Shown one piece after another: positions 62,137 to 64,000 of a stretch of DNA of 64,000 nt; the stretch's first letter is position 1; every line of letters starts with the position of its first letter. The DNA is taken from NCBI GenBank assembly GCA_964016885.1, contig OZ024744.1:45260001-45324000 (forward strand), in the 5' to 3' direction. Below the pieces are notes generated by a model. That model did no database searches and was not told the origin of the DNA. It was given only the letters and a program-made list of their open reading frames with translations. Source of the DNA: Eledone cirrhosa (Eukaryota). A program made the translations under genes and the position numbers.

Positions 62137-64000
62137 TGTAGAATTGGCGACGAAGTCATTGGTTTTCTGTTCCGAAGTTGAAGTCGCCTGAGAGAGAGTT
62201 GCTCTTAATATGTTCACTCCACATGGTGTGGTAAAAATGAAAAGTGGGAGAAGGCAAAATTACATCTTAACTCCTGGACGACTAGCTTTGTAAGAGAATG
62301 GGTACTTTCAGTTTCTCAATTTATAGTCTCCATGGGACGTAACTCTCATTAACTCTCCTTCTCACCCCAAGGGGTCACTACAATACGTTCCTCCAGACGA
62401 TAGGCGAACAACCCGAAGGTAATTGTAGCGAACCCGCAAGAATGGGATCAAGGCAAAGGTATGAAAAAGGTATATGCATATACAATACACAAAAAAGACA
62501 CTCTATAGTTAAAGAAGACTTTCAACTGTTTAGGAACAAGGTAAAGAAAAGCATGTAATACACAATACAAAAAAGGCTCCATAGTGGCCAGTTCAGATGA
62601 AAACTGTTTGACAAAGTCTTTTGGGCCAGTGGACTCTTCGACCAGAACGGGTCGTGGTCTGGTATGTAGGTGAAGGTGGGACAGAAGGAGCAGGTGTATG
62701 TACAATAGAGAAAGATGGGAGTATTAGTGGCTCAGGCGTATGAGCGTCTGTGAATGCCCTTTTCAGTCTGTCAACCCAAATTGTCTCTCTGGATCCCTTA
62801 ATGTCTACCGTAAAATGTTTGTCAGCACGTGCTAACACATGGTAGGGTCCAGAGTACGGTTCTGTGAGCGGTGGTCTAACAGCGTGGTCTCTGACAAAGA
62901 CATGTGTCCACGAGGCAATATCCCTCGGGACTGCAATTTTAATAGTTTGTTTCCTGGTATCCATAGGCGGTAAGTCCTGAAAATATGAGCGCAAACGAGA
63001 TATGTAGGAAAGGGGATCTTGATTAGCAAGATCGACAGGTGCAAGCATTTGCCCATGCAACGCTAGAAGGGCACCATACAATAATTCAGCCGGGGAGAAC
63101 CCAAGGTCCTCCTTTATTGAAGACCGAATTCCTAACAACACAATAGGAAGGTACTCGCTCCAACGTAGAGAGTCTGGATAGGCACGAAGAGCGGTCTTTA
63201 ATTGGCGGTGAAAACGCTCCACAATTCCGTTTGAAGCAGGATAAGATGTGGTCCGAATGCGTTGAGTGCCAATAATTTTTGTTAACTCCGAGAAAAGATG
63301 TAATTCAAATTGCCTACCACGGTCTGTAGCAATTGTGGTTGGCACGCCATAGCGGGCAATCCACGTGTGGGCACGCGCTATTGTGTCGGCGGTAATGTCC
63401 TTTAAGGAGATGGCTTCAGGCCATCGCGAAAAACGATCAATGCAGGTCAAAAGGTAAGAATATCCACTACTGACTGGCCAAGGTCCAACGATATCGATGT
63501 GGATGTGTCGAAAACGAGCATCCGGAGTACTGAAAGTACCAAGTGGAGTCCGGATGTGTCTGTGGACTTTAGATTTTTGACACTGTATACAGGAACGGCA
63601 CCAAGCAATAATTTCGAGCCTCATATTTGGCCAGAAAAATCTCGCCGTTATGAGCTTTACTGTGGCTGAAGATCCTGGGTAAGAAATGCTGTGCAAAGCA
63701 AGGAACACAATTCGACGGTGAGTCTCGGGAACATAAGGTCGTGGTGAATCCGTAGATACATCGCAGAGAATCTGCCTGTCGGTAGTCGACAAGGGCAGAT
63801 ATTTCAGGTTGCAAGTCGCAAATTCGGCTGATGAAGTATCCAACGATTCGAGTGCAGGTTGGTCTGCTGCCAAACGACTTAAATCTATCTCCTGGGATGA
63901 CGAAATCGAGCTGATTGGCAAGCGTGACAAGGCGTCTGCAGCTGTATTTAGTGAGCCTGAAATGTGCTGGATATCATTGGTAAACTACGAAATGTAATAG
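62137..64000 (-). mobile_element. Gypsy/Ty3 LTR retrotransposon 3' part: integrase ORF 62593-63930, candidate 3' LTR 62137-62382
   Basis: Integrase Zn-binding (CIQC), IHIDIVGP, TDRGRQF, NGIVERFHR and YSGPY motifs; TGTAG...CTACA-bounded segment downstream. Confidence 0.9.

Overview
AT-rich, repeat-dense eukaryotic genomic DNA. The repeat repertoire (RTE, CR1 and Penelope-like retroelements, tRNA-derived SINEs, (TA)n/(CAT)n microsatellites) suggests an invertebrate, probably an octopod cephalopod; this is inference only. Nearly all long ORFs are decayed transposon ORFs: RTE-clade APE-RT with an embedded C4HC3 finger, CR1, Penelope-like RT/GIY-YIG, Helitron Rep/PIF1 and a Gypsy integrase. The main signal is invisible to the ORF track. 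From 1577 to about 37940 on the + strand lie 23 tandemly duplicated micro-exon cassettes of 60, 66 or 45 nt (one of 59 nt), bounded by YAG acceptors and GTAAGT donors and reading in phase 1-1, plus a probable terminal exon. They splice into a repetitive S/T/P/K-rich polypeptide of about 430 aa (e.g. DHITVSPRIASMEAKSSKK, VTPVEILVSDSGTHVRGGSKE) that I do not recognise, and its 5' end lies upstream of the window. Other notable features are minimal hammerhead ribozymes in Penelope termini, large inverted repeats, a non-autonomous LTR element nested in a Helitron and a 20-bp minisatellite.
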